Positions 43,401 through 50,874 of a stretch of DNA of 64,000 nt are shown in pieces. The position numbers were made by a program, and so were the translations under genes. Each line of letters begins with the position of its first letter. The first letter of the stretch is position 1. Under the pieces are notes generated by a model. The model did no database searches, was not told where the DNA came from, and saw only the letters and a list, made by a program, of their open reading frames with translations. Source of the stretch: a virus. Taxonomy: Duplodnaviria; Caudoviricetes. The stretch spans positions 114,154-178,153 of IMG/VR virus record IMGVR_UViG_3300037249_001368; one strand, written 5' to 3'.

Positions 43401-44451
43401 GGCAGAATCACAGGTAGCGGTCTTAGATGAAATACTTAGTCTCGTCAATACCAAAATCAATGTCAGTGAGCAACTACCGAAGGAATATAAAGAAATCAGT
43501 ATCAATGATTTTGGTTACAATGATGCGGTTACTGAGTGGAAGTTTATCATTGATGATGTTCAGAAAACTACTAAAGAAATTTCTGATACCAAAGAATCAT
43601 ACAACACAAAGTTACAAGAATACACAAACCATATCGAGGAAGTTGAAGCCAGAAATAAGGAAATCCGTGAGTACAATTCAGGTATAGAATCTGCTAAAAA
43701 TACCCATGAACAGAATGTGTTGAAATTAGGTCAGTTGCTCACCAAGAAAAAGTTACTTGATTCTCAGTTACCAACTTACCAAAAACTGAAACATGATTTG
43801 GATGTTGCTGATGCAACTATAAAGGATTTTGGTGATTACATACAAACACTCACAAACAGCAACACACAAATTTCCATAGACAAAACCCGTCACGAAGGCA
43901 ACATACAAAATCTTGAAAAGGAAAAATCTGATTACGATAAGTATCAGGAAAATAACATAATTTGGAAGATATACAGTAAAGTTATCAAAGATAATTTCAG
44001 GGATATTGTTTTTGAATACTACAGAACATTCCTAAACAGAACTTTGGATGTTATACTTGATGACACAAACTTTAAGCTGTTTTGGGATTCTGACAACCAA
44101 CTGATAATTGTTTCCGTCAAAAATGGAAATACCACTTACACACCTATCAAACAGGCTTCGGGTATGGAAACTATTTTTACTGGTTTGGCTTTAATATATA
44201 CGATAAGTCTACTGAATATCAAACACAGATGTTCCCATATATTCATAGATGAATTATCAGGACAGTTATCGACTGGCAAAAACCTTAGCGGAGATGTCAA
44301 AAACTATCAAGAAATCTTCATCAAGATTTTACATAAGTTCGTTGATAAATCCATTTTCATCGTAGACCACAACATAGATTATATGGGTGAGAATGTCTGT
44401 TACGAAGTCAAGTACGACGAATCAGGAAACATTTATTGTATAAAAGATTAA
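40495..44451 (+). CDS. Mre11/SbcD-Rad50/SbcC (gp47-gp46-like) fusion nuclease-ATPase
   Basis: HIADVQ, AGDLF, PGNHD, FHG, GDIH; GTNGIGKTT; coiled coil with CPKC hook; ASGME; FIDE; DH. Confidence 0.9.
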   Translation: MKIAHIADVQVKNREKNLERPYNDSLQEIYDKINADNEIEILVIAGDLFEYAEPNESERAMIYTFLSRLPEIKHLHEIVLIPGNHDLVKFGKSQAVNESLTEDLNIKSTPLDLFNDIIQTLNPDYAKKYIYIDHTGVYESNILSRLIYVGYSLEDGMKFPFDESILDNDDRLKICVFHGMLKDYVETKKIPLRKDILERLTSLENFPERSRVLAGDIHQILSFDDPARDIYFWYSGSTQQHTHSEGWYLYTDNQAKNSITDERKAILTYEYEGYHLQKPEKIYLSNWVSYVTVTTSLEQSGTEIIESLNAMDWEKCAGVDVTYVVVKSKHKFSKIERKIYEIIKSHIPNAIISFDYGKITMDINTVESTVVKDILDEKTEVTESETDEPHQFDFNDIDNLVLSDEQLQKMFNYVIQQQLTKVETDNTEKIHTALMDLFKTQLSDVVTKSKHYSIDLKQVYCSQFMALGKNNIKLDINGITRILGTNGIGKTTLFRMIRWVFTGEVFEGMKSNTSVRNNMGIFNERLDDDSLTVSLAIENNHIPVVIRRTATRKWKNNTTYEQKHSKEWQDFVSTIQMDLQFTINPNTENQKIIVGENAQKNINVWLGDAINKLMFINQMKIEEILKSEKVNMNDTILDFIGCDYLNSLENNLDEVKNELMTIPRPKRDRMQILTDISKEQAAIKECDQNIEANNKEISDTEQKRSKKTEERNSTNTELINLGNVENQITENDQEIEKVQGLVDSYKPQEPKELIKPTITKPDYPQSAIDELQQKLKTQEQRQQESNDKIIGIRTQIVTEIQSQISAERDSIKESAHNVLKIETSVTDYETQIKTFLSEVRIKLQSKVSEQDRIIAEYRKTITENKASITNGVCPKCGRPFSDDYETHKQTLEAEISKYEELIKNEEAIKSTYSKHIDELPKFTSFDGMAHDQIAVMQTNKFLQPKFGDILSKYKELTADYNTHKQNQMQAESQVAVLDEILSLVNTKINVSEQLPKEYKEISINDFGYNDAVTEWKFIIDDVQKTTKEISDTKESYNTKLQEYTNHIEEVEARNKEIREYNSGIESAKNTHEQNVLKLGQLLTKKKLLDSQLPTYQKLKHDLDVADATIKDFGDYIQTLTNSNTQISIDKTRHEGNIQNLEKEKSDYDKYQENNIIWKIYSKVIKDNFRDIVFEYYRTFLNRTLDVILDDTNFKLFWDSDNQLIIVSVKNGNTTYTPIKQASGMETIFTGLALIYTISLLNIKHRCSHIFIDELSGQLSTGKNLSGDVKNYQEIFIKILHKFVDKSIFIVDHNIDYMGENVCYEVKYDESGNIYCIKD

Positions 44452-44453
44452 CG

Positions 44454-44900
44454 ATGAAAAAGAAAGTCTATGAAGCCATTAAGGCTTATGTCAACGACTA
44501 TAAGGATTTTGACGACGTCAGGTTGAATGTCGATTCATACATGGCGACATTACAAAGAAAGCATCCTCGTTGGAATACCAGTGACTTGTTGAAGCCAGCC
44601 TGTATTGAATACGTTGCTGACGGAAATCTTGCCACTTATCCCTCTGACCAATTCAACGACTTGGTTGGAATATTCAGAACCGCAGGCGAAAAGTTCAAAC
44701 CCGAGGTTTATCTCAAGAAACCTGCTTTGGATGAAATCAAGAAATTTGGTTTTGACGAGTGGTTTGATAAGTACAACAACCTCGCTGACCACTACGAGTT
44801 ATTCAAACAGACAGGAAGTGATTTCACGGTGACCCGCTGGTATCAAACCTTGATTGGTCTCGCCATCGCGAAAATGTACGAGGATTTTGACAAGCAATGA
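44454..44900 (+). CDS. hypothetical protein
   Basis: in-frame ATG just after the fusion stop. Confidence 0.65.
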   Translation: MKKKVYEAIKAYVNDYKDFDDVRLNVDSYMATLQRKHPRWNTSDLLKPACIEYVADGNLATYPSDQFNDLVGIFRTAGEKFKPEVYLKKPALDEIKKFGFDEWFDKYNNLADHYELFKQTGSDFTVTRWYQTLIGLAIAKMYEDFDKQ

Positions 44901-44944
44901 ACATCTGAAGGATGTTCATTGGTTAATGAAATAATAAAAACAGT

Positions 44945-45355
44945 ATGGACAAGATGACACGTTTTGTTGATGTCATGGTTTTTAACACCAATAATCAACT
45001 ACTCCTTTTAAAGCGATGTGACTCTGCCGAGTTTATGCCATCTAAGTGGTGTCTGCCTGGTGGACATGTCGAGAATGGTTCTCTGATTGAAAACGCTCAG
45101 CGTGAGTTGGAGGAGGAAACAGGAATTATAGCATCCCAATTATACCTGATGAAGGGAACTAATTGGACTTACGAAACTGGTGATGCTTGTACAACTGTTT
45201 TTGTTTCTTTCATGGAGTTCATCGGAGAACAGACACCTCGTATAACCATAACGGAGCACTCTGAATATAAGTTCTTCGATATTGACAGTCTGCCTAAGGA
45301 AGATATGCTCCCTGAGTTATATGATATAATTAAGTACGTATTGCAATCACAATAA
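44945..45355 (+). CDS. Nudix hydrolase
   Basis: PGGHVE...AQRELEEETGI Nudix box. Confidence 0.92.
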   Translation: MDKMTRFVDVMVFNTNNQLLLLKRCDSAEFMPSKWCLPGGHVENGSLIENAQRELEEETGIIASQLYLMKGTNWTYETGDACTTVFVSFMEFIGEQTPRITITEHSEYKFFDIDSLPKEDMLPELYDIIKYVLQSQ

Positions 45356-45381
45356 TTACTAACAATAAAAATCAGATTATT

Positions 45382-46413
45382 ATGCCATTTGGACGTGACA
45401 ACGAAAACAATGAGGAAATGCTGCGACAGGAAATCGAAAACGAAAACCAAGAAGCAGACCAACAGCCCATTGAAGCACAAGAATTACCTGAAGAACAGGC
45501 AGTGGTAGAAGCAACAGCACCTGCACCACAACCACAACAACCACAAAAACCAAAAGAACAACAACCAAACCTTGTTGATGGTTGGCGAATTATCAACAAC
45601 GATGACCTCCCGAATCACGGAGTTCTGTATCCAAGTTCATGGCGTTTTGCCTATCGCTGTCCAACTGCTAAGGAAGTGATTAACTTCTCTACAGTGGACG
45701 ACCGCGATACCCCAGCAATCATCGCAGCTATCGAGGATTTGGTGAGAAAGTGTGTCAAGATTTGGGACACCGACACCGAGCAAGAGGTGTCATCCACTGA
45801 AATCAACGACGGTCACAAGTTGTATTTCATCCTGAAACTGAGGGAGTTCTACATCCCGAACAACTATGTGATTCTCAGCAACATTTGTAGCATCTGTCAC
45901 GAGGAGTACAATGTTGAGCTGAAACCGCAATCAATCAGTTATCCCGAACCGAGTGAGAAACTGCTCGAAGCTTACGATGGCCGTGTCTTCCATCTTTACA
46001 TGGGCGATGATGACGAACCAATCGAGTTCAGAATCCCGACCATCGGTACAACCAGTCGTCTCTTCAAATACATGGTGCGTGTTTACAACGACCGCAACAC
46101 CAAGGATAAGGAGAAGAAAGATAACAAGCTGATGTTTGACAAGAGCTTCCTGAAGATTGCTCCATTCCTGTTCGTGACTGGTAAAGAGCCAATCGCCGAA
46201 ATCATCAACAAGTTCAAGAAACTTAAGAACGACGACGCGATGCTCGAGAAATATGTTTCAATCATTGACAACATTGAACTCGACAACGCCACCGAAATCG
46301 CTTCGATTTGTCCCAAGTGTGACGGGGAGGACACGGTAGAAATTACCTTTCCAGGAGGTTGGAAGAAAATATTCGCTAAAGACTTCGACACTCGCGGATA
46401 TTTTAGAAATTAA
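45382..46413 (+). CDS. baseplate hub assembly protein, T4 gp26-like
   Basis: LPNHGVLYP, CSIC, FRIPT, CPKC, FPGG..IF C-terminus. Confidence 0.65.
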   Translation: MPFGRDNENNEEMLRQEIENENQEADQQPIEAQELPEEQAVVEATAPAPQPQQPQKPKEQQPNLVDGWRIINNDDLPNHGVLYPSSWRFAYRCPTAKEVINFSTVDDRDTPAIIAAIEDLVRKCVKIWDTDTEQEVSSTEINDGHKLYFILKLREFYIPNNYVILSNICSICHEEYNVELKPQSISYPEPSEKLLEAYDGRVFHLYMGDDDEPIEFRIPTIGTTSRLFKYMVRVYNDRNTKDKEKKDNKLMFDKSFLKIAPFLFVTGKEPIAEIINKFKKLKNDDAMLEKYVSIIDNIELDNATEIASICPKCDGEDTVEITFPGGWKKIFAKDFDTRGYFRN

Positions 46414-46424
46414 CGAAGATATAC

Positions 46425-46459
46425 TGGAAAAGCCCGATGAGTTCATCAGGGCTTTTCCA
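46425..46459 (+). terminator. strong hairpin (terminator-like or recoding element)
   Basis: tggaaaagcccgatga/tcatcagggcttttcca. Confidence 0.6.
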
Positions 46460-46468
46460 TTATCACCG

Positions 46469-46753
46469 TTGTTCGGTTACATCTACAAACAATGCACTGT
46501 TGACCTAAACGATTACTATGAGACAGCGGCTTACATAATGTATAGGATGCACATATCCCAAAACGAACAGGATTCATTAGAGTTCTATGTTTGGAATAAC
46601 ATCGGTAAGTATCTGACAAATATAATCGAAAAGGAAAACGAGGCAAATTCTGGCAAAGGAAGTGAAAACGAAAAGTCATACATGACCAAGTTCAACAATA
46701 TGAAAAATAGCATGAAGCAGTTCACTGCTCCAAAATCACCAAAACTTAAATAA
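46469..46753 (+). CDS. baseplate hub assembly catalyst, T4 gp51-like (start uncertain)
   Basis: YYETAAYIMYRMHIS.NEQDSLEFY...LTNIIEKENE; directly after the gp26-like gene. Confidence 0.55.
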   Translation: MFGYIYKQCTVDLNDYYETAAYIMYRMHISQNEQDSLEFYVWNNIGKYLTNIIEKENEANSGKGSENEKSYMTKFNNMKNSMKQFTAPKSPKLK

Positions 46754-46755
46754 TC

Positions 46756-47052
46756 ATGGACGGAGATAATTACAAAAATCCCACTGCTCCGTTATCGGAC
46801 AGTGACAATGTGAATCACCCGAAGCATTACAACTCACACCCATCAGGAATCGAGTGTATAGAGATTATACGTCATCACGACTTCAACATCGGAAATGCAA
46901 TCAAATACCTGTGGCGTGCTGGTTTGAAAGGTGGTGAAGAAAAGTTGGTCGAGGATTTGAAGAAAGCTATTTTCTACATTCAAGACGAAATCCAACTTAT
47001 CGAAGAACGGCAGAAGAAAAAAGCCGCTGAAGAACATCATCAAGCATCATGA
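46756..47052 (+). CDS. DUF3310 family protein
   Basis: DNVNHPKHY, IECIEII, GNAIKYLWRAGLK, EDLKKA. Confidence 0.88.
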   Translation: MDGDNYKNPTAPLSDSDNVNHPKHYNSHPSGIECIEIIRHHDFNIGNAIKYLWRAGLKGGEEKLVEDLKKAIFYIQDEIQLIEERQKKKAAEEHHQAS

Positions 47053-47108
47053 ACATTGAAAATGTGAGTGATGTGTATATTATAAATTTTCATTGAACCA
47101 CACCATTT

Positions 47109-49772
47109 ATGGATTACATCGAAAAAGAGATTGCATTAGACTCTCTCGCTACATCAGTTTGGGACAACAAGTATAAACTCGGAAACGAGCAAAGCCCCAA
47201 AGATACGATTCAAAGATTAATTAAGGAATTTACGGCTCAATTACAAGCCAACGCCAAAAACTGGAAACTTTCGGAGGACCTTTCTGCTCACGGTAAAATC
47301 GTTTGTGGTGCTGGTTACAATCCCGAAAATAAAACCATGAAAAGGATTCTTACGGAACTTGTGAAAGACTCTATTGGTTTCGATAAGATTATTCCTGGTG
47401 GTTCTGCTATTTTCGGCATTGGTAATATGGAAGCCAATTCATCTATTTCTAACTGTTTTGTTATTGACTATCCCCATGATTCATTGGAGGGTATCAACTA
47501 CAGAATTAATGAGATGTGTTGTCTTGAAAAGGCCCGTGGCGGTGTAGGTGTGAATTTATCATCACTGCGCCCAAAAGGAGCAACCGTAAAGAACCAATCG
47601 AAAACCTCTACAGGTGTCGAAACATTCGTGATTGATTTTTCACAGAATAACAATATCGTTGCACAAGACGGACGTCGTGGTGCTCTGATGATTTGTTTGG
47701 ACGTGAACCACCCTGATGTTTTGGACTTCGTTCGTCTGAAGGAAGACCTGACAAAAGTCACTGGAGCCAACCTATCAGTTCTGATTGATGACCAGTTTAT
47801 GTGGGATGTGATTTATGACAATGACTACATAACATCATATCCACTGAAGACTCGTGAGGAACTGAGCAATGTATTTTCATCCCAATCTGAAGCATTAAGA
47901 ATTGCCAGAGAAGCCGATTATGGACAAATGTTCAAAATCGGCGATTCTTATTATAAGAAGTTCTCTGCCAAAGAAGTTTGGAATGAGATTTGCAGATGTG
48001 CTTGGAAGATGGCCGAGCCAGGTATTCTGTTCCGTTCAAATTGGATTAGTGGCGGTACTGATGGAGTTTATCCTCAGTACAAACCCATTGCAACCAATCC
48101 TTGTTCGGAAATCGCCATGCAAGCATACGATAGTTGCCGGTTGATGTCATACAATCTGACAGATTGTGTTGTAAATCCCTACACTTCAAAGGCTCACATA
48201 GACTTTGATAGGTTATATGCAATGTGCTACAATCAAATGCTTCTGTGTGATACCATGATTGACATTGAGATTCGTCACATAGAAAACATCATTCAGAAGC
48301 TGCAGGAAGATTCTACAACACCACAACAGATTAAGAACTCTCCAATCAAATTGTATAAAAAGATTCTCGAAAATACACATAATGGTCGGCGTTGTGGCTG
48401 CGGATTTACGGGTTTCGGGGATATGATTGCTTCTTTAGGATTGGATTATAACGACTTCACTAACAGACAATCAACAACATATCAAATCACCGAAAAAGTC
48501 TTCCAAACGAAGATGCTTGCTGAACTTGATTGCAGTGTTGATTTAGCAATTCTCAACGGAGAACCGTTTAAGCATTTCAATGCTAAGGTAGACCTCTCGC
48601 AACCATTCTTTGGTAACATGAGTGGTAAATTCCGTGACGGTTATGTCCTTAAAAGAATGGCTCAGTTCGGTCGTCGTAATGTTTCTTGGTCAACAGCCGC
48701 ACCGACAGGCACAATTTCATTACTCGCTGGAACCACCTCAGGCATTGAGCCTTTGTTCATGCCATACTACATACGTCGAGTCAAAGTTGATGCCTCGAAG
48801 CAGAGCTTTGATTACGAAGATGTGGATGGTAATAAGTTCCAAGAATTTATTTCAATCCACAGAGGATTGTACCGTTGGTATGCTGCTTACAGAGGTATCA
48901 GTTACGAAAGAGCACATCAAGAACTGTCTGCCAAAAAGTCGGATGAATTGGAGAAGATTTTCCAAAAATCACCCTACTACAAACAGTGCGCAAATGACTT
49001 AGATTACCAAGCAAGACTTAACTGTCAGGAATTGGTCCAGAAATACACCACCCACTCCATTTCATCAACGCTTAATCTTCCGAACTCAGCGACACAAGAA
49101 GAGATTTCCAAAATCTACATGACTTCTTGGAAACTTGGTTTGAAGGGTAACACCGTTTACAGAGATGGTTGCCGTGGAGGTGTTATAGTTTCTGTTGACA
49201 ATAACAAGAATACTAAACCAGAACATCGCCCTGAATCCATAGACGGAATCTTGCATAGAATCAATATTCAAAAACAATGGTACGGAATCCTAATTGGGTT
49301 CATTGACAAGCAACCGTACGAAATGTTTGTTCTGAACGGTATGTCTGTTCTTAAGAACTACACGGCTATGAAGTTCCACGGTAAAATCACCAAACAAACA
49401 GATACCGACGGTTCTTCTCAGTACATTTTCGTTCAGAACGATGATGACTACACAACTGAGTACGAAAACGAAACCAATCCTTGTCTGATTGAGTTGCATG
49501 ACTTGGACGATATGGAAAACAAGGACGAGAAACTGCTCTCGCTCATGATTTCTAAGTTATTCAGAACAGGGTGTACCGTAAACGACGTCATAAAACTTAT
49601 CGACAAATCACAACCTATTTCGGGTACATTCTCTTCAAGACTGATTAAGATTTTGGGAGAGTATGCCGAAGAGGAAATCCTTGACGAAAAGTGCCCGAAA
49701 TGTGGAGCAAAACTTCACAGAGAAAACGGGTGCAAGATTTGTAAGGATTGTGGTTGGTCAGCTTGCAGTTAG
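47109..49772 (+). CDS. nrdJ: class II (adenosylcobalamin-dependent) ribonucleotide reductase
   Basis: SNCF, GRRGALM, TNPCSE, APTGTIS, YRDG, C-terminal CPKC...CKDCGWSAC. Confidence 0.9.
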   Translation: MDYIEKEIALDSLATSVWDNKYKLGNEQSPKDTIQRLIKEFTAQLQANAKNWKLSEDLSAHGKIVCGAGYNPENKTMKRILTELVKDSIGFDKIIPGGSAIFGIGNMEANSSISNCFVIDYPHDSLEGINYRINEMCCLEKARGGVGVNLSSLRPKGATVKNQSKTSTGVETFVIDFSQNNNIVAQDGRRGALMICLDVNHPDVLDFVRLKEDLTKVTGANLSVLIDDQFMWDVIYDNDYITSYPLKTREELSNVFSSQSEALRIAREADYGQMFKIGDSYYKKFSAKEVWNEICRCAWKMAEPGILFRSNWISGGTDGVYPQYKPIATNPCSEIAMQAYDSCRLMSYNLTDCVVNPYTSKAHIDFDRLYAMCYNQMLLCDTMIDIEIRHIENIIQKLQEDSTTPQQIKNSPIKLYKKILENTHNGRRCGCGFTGFGDMIASLGLDYNDFTNRQSTTYQITEKVFQTKMLAELDCSVDLAILNGEPFKHFNAKVDLSQPFFGNMSGKFRDGYVLKRMAQFGRRNVSWSTAAPTGTISLLAGTTSGIEPLFMPYYIRRVKVDASKQSFDYEDVDGNKFQEFISIHRGLYRWYAAYRGISYERAHQELSAKKSDELEKIFQKSPYYKQCANDLDYQARLNCQELVQKYTTHSISSTLNLPNSATQEEISKIYMTSWKLGLKGNTVYRDGCRGGVIVSVDNNKNTKPEHRPESIDGILHRINIQKQWYGILIGFIDKQPYEMFVLNGMSVLKNYTAMKFHGKITKQTDTDGSSQYIFVQNDDDYTTEYENETNPCLIELHDLDDMENKDEKLLSLMISKLFRTGCTVNDVIKLIDKSQPISGTFSSRLIKILGEYAEEEILDEKCPKCGAKLHRENGCKICKDCGWSACS

Positions 49773-49803
49773 GAATTAGCGCGAAAACTAAAAATTACCG
49801 AAT

Positions 49804-50731
49804 ATGAAAAAAGACCTAAAACTTAAAGACCTCATCGGGATATGTAAGAAGCAGCCCGTATCAAAATCCATAATGGATTCTGAACTCAAGATTTTAGAAA
49901 CTGCCGAAGAACTTGGTTATGTCTTCAATCTTGATTATGAATTTGTTGGTCAGGAAAACTCATCGGTTCTGATTGATGGTATAATCCTGAAAAACAAGAA
50001 GGACCATTTCCTGAGAATCACCCGCATTTTCAGAAGCACTCATTACGAAATCGACAATCAGAAAACCAAGTTCTGTCTCGATTGTCCTGAAACCGATGAC
50101 GTCGTTTCATTCCTGAAAAATTACATAAACTATTAAACCCTAAAAGTCATGAAAACATTTTGGAAAATCTTAGGATGGATTGTCGGTATAGGATTACTGG
50201 CAGCCATGTGCGTCATCGGATATCAGAACCGAGGATTCTTCAAGACCTATTTTGACCAGAAACAGCAAAAACTGGAATTGAGAACCGAGGAATCAGTTGA
50301 CTCATTACTGAATGTCATTGCCATGCAAGACCTCAAGATAGCCGAATTAGATTCGGTGAATGAAGCCATAGGTCTGAAATTTGACCAGTACATGGTTGCT
50401 ACTGACCTGAGAATCGACAGCATCATTAAGCATTACGAAACAGACAGAACCAAGCTATTAAATGTCATAACGCATCAGAACCAGATGATTGATAAGTTGA
50501 ACGCCCAACTCGGTGGCAAGGCTTATGACTAACAAAGAGAAACAGTACCTGGCTCTCGAGGAAATGTTCAATAACGATGAACTGGAAGAGTTCACCGATA
50601 ATGACGGAAATGTTCATTACAAGAACATACAAACAGGAATTTTCTACGACAGTGAAGGTGCGGTTGAGAACATAAGTTCTTTCAGCGAACTTATGTTAGA
50701 CAGTGAGGAAGAAAATTTCATATCTGACTAA
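49804..50731 (+). CDS. three hypothetical ORFs (49804-50136; 50149-50532 TM + coiled coil; about 50525-50731 acidic)
   Basis: abutting plus-strand ORFs. Confidence 0.6.
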
Positions 50732-50751
50732 ATCTTATCATTAATCTGGTT
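50724..50751 (+). promoter_or_regulatory. phage bipartite promoter (CTGACTAA-N16-GGTT)
   Basis: exact-spacer copy. Confidence 0.7.
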
Positions 50752-50756
50752 TTTAT

Positions 50757-50856
50757 AAATGGTTCTTTGAAATTGCAGAGATGCCCCTAAGTGGTTGAGG
50801 GGCGTATTTCCGCAGTTGGAGGGTGCCGTGTGCAATCAGCGGCACCCTTTGTTTTT
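50757..50856 (+). ncRNA. candidate ~100-nt small RNA or attenuator leader
   Basis: promoter, hairpin atgcccct/aggggcgt, then terminator agggtgccg/cggcaccct + T tract; no ORF. Confidence 0.45.
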
Positions 50857-50874
50857 ACATAAATCTCAGCACAA

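Noticed and set aside
11918-47074. TGA+hairpin as SECIS or readthrough signal
   Set aside because: In all three cases readthrough meets another stop within a few to ~19 codons, and the next gene is out of frame.
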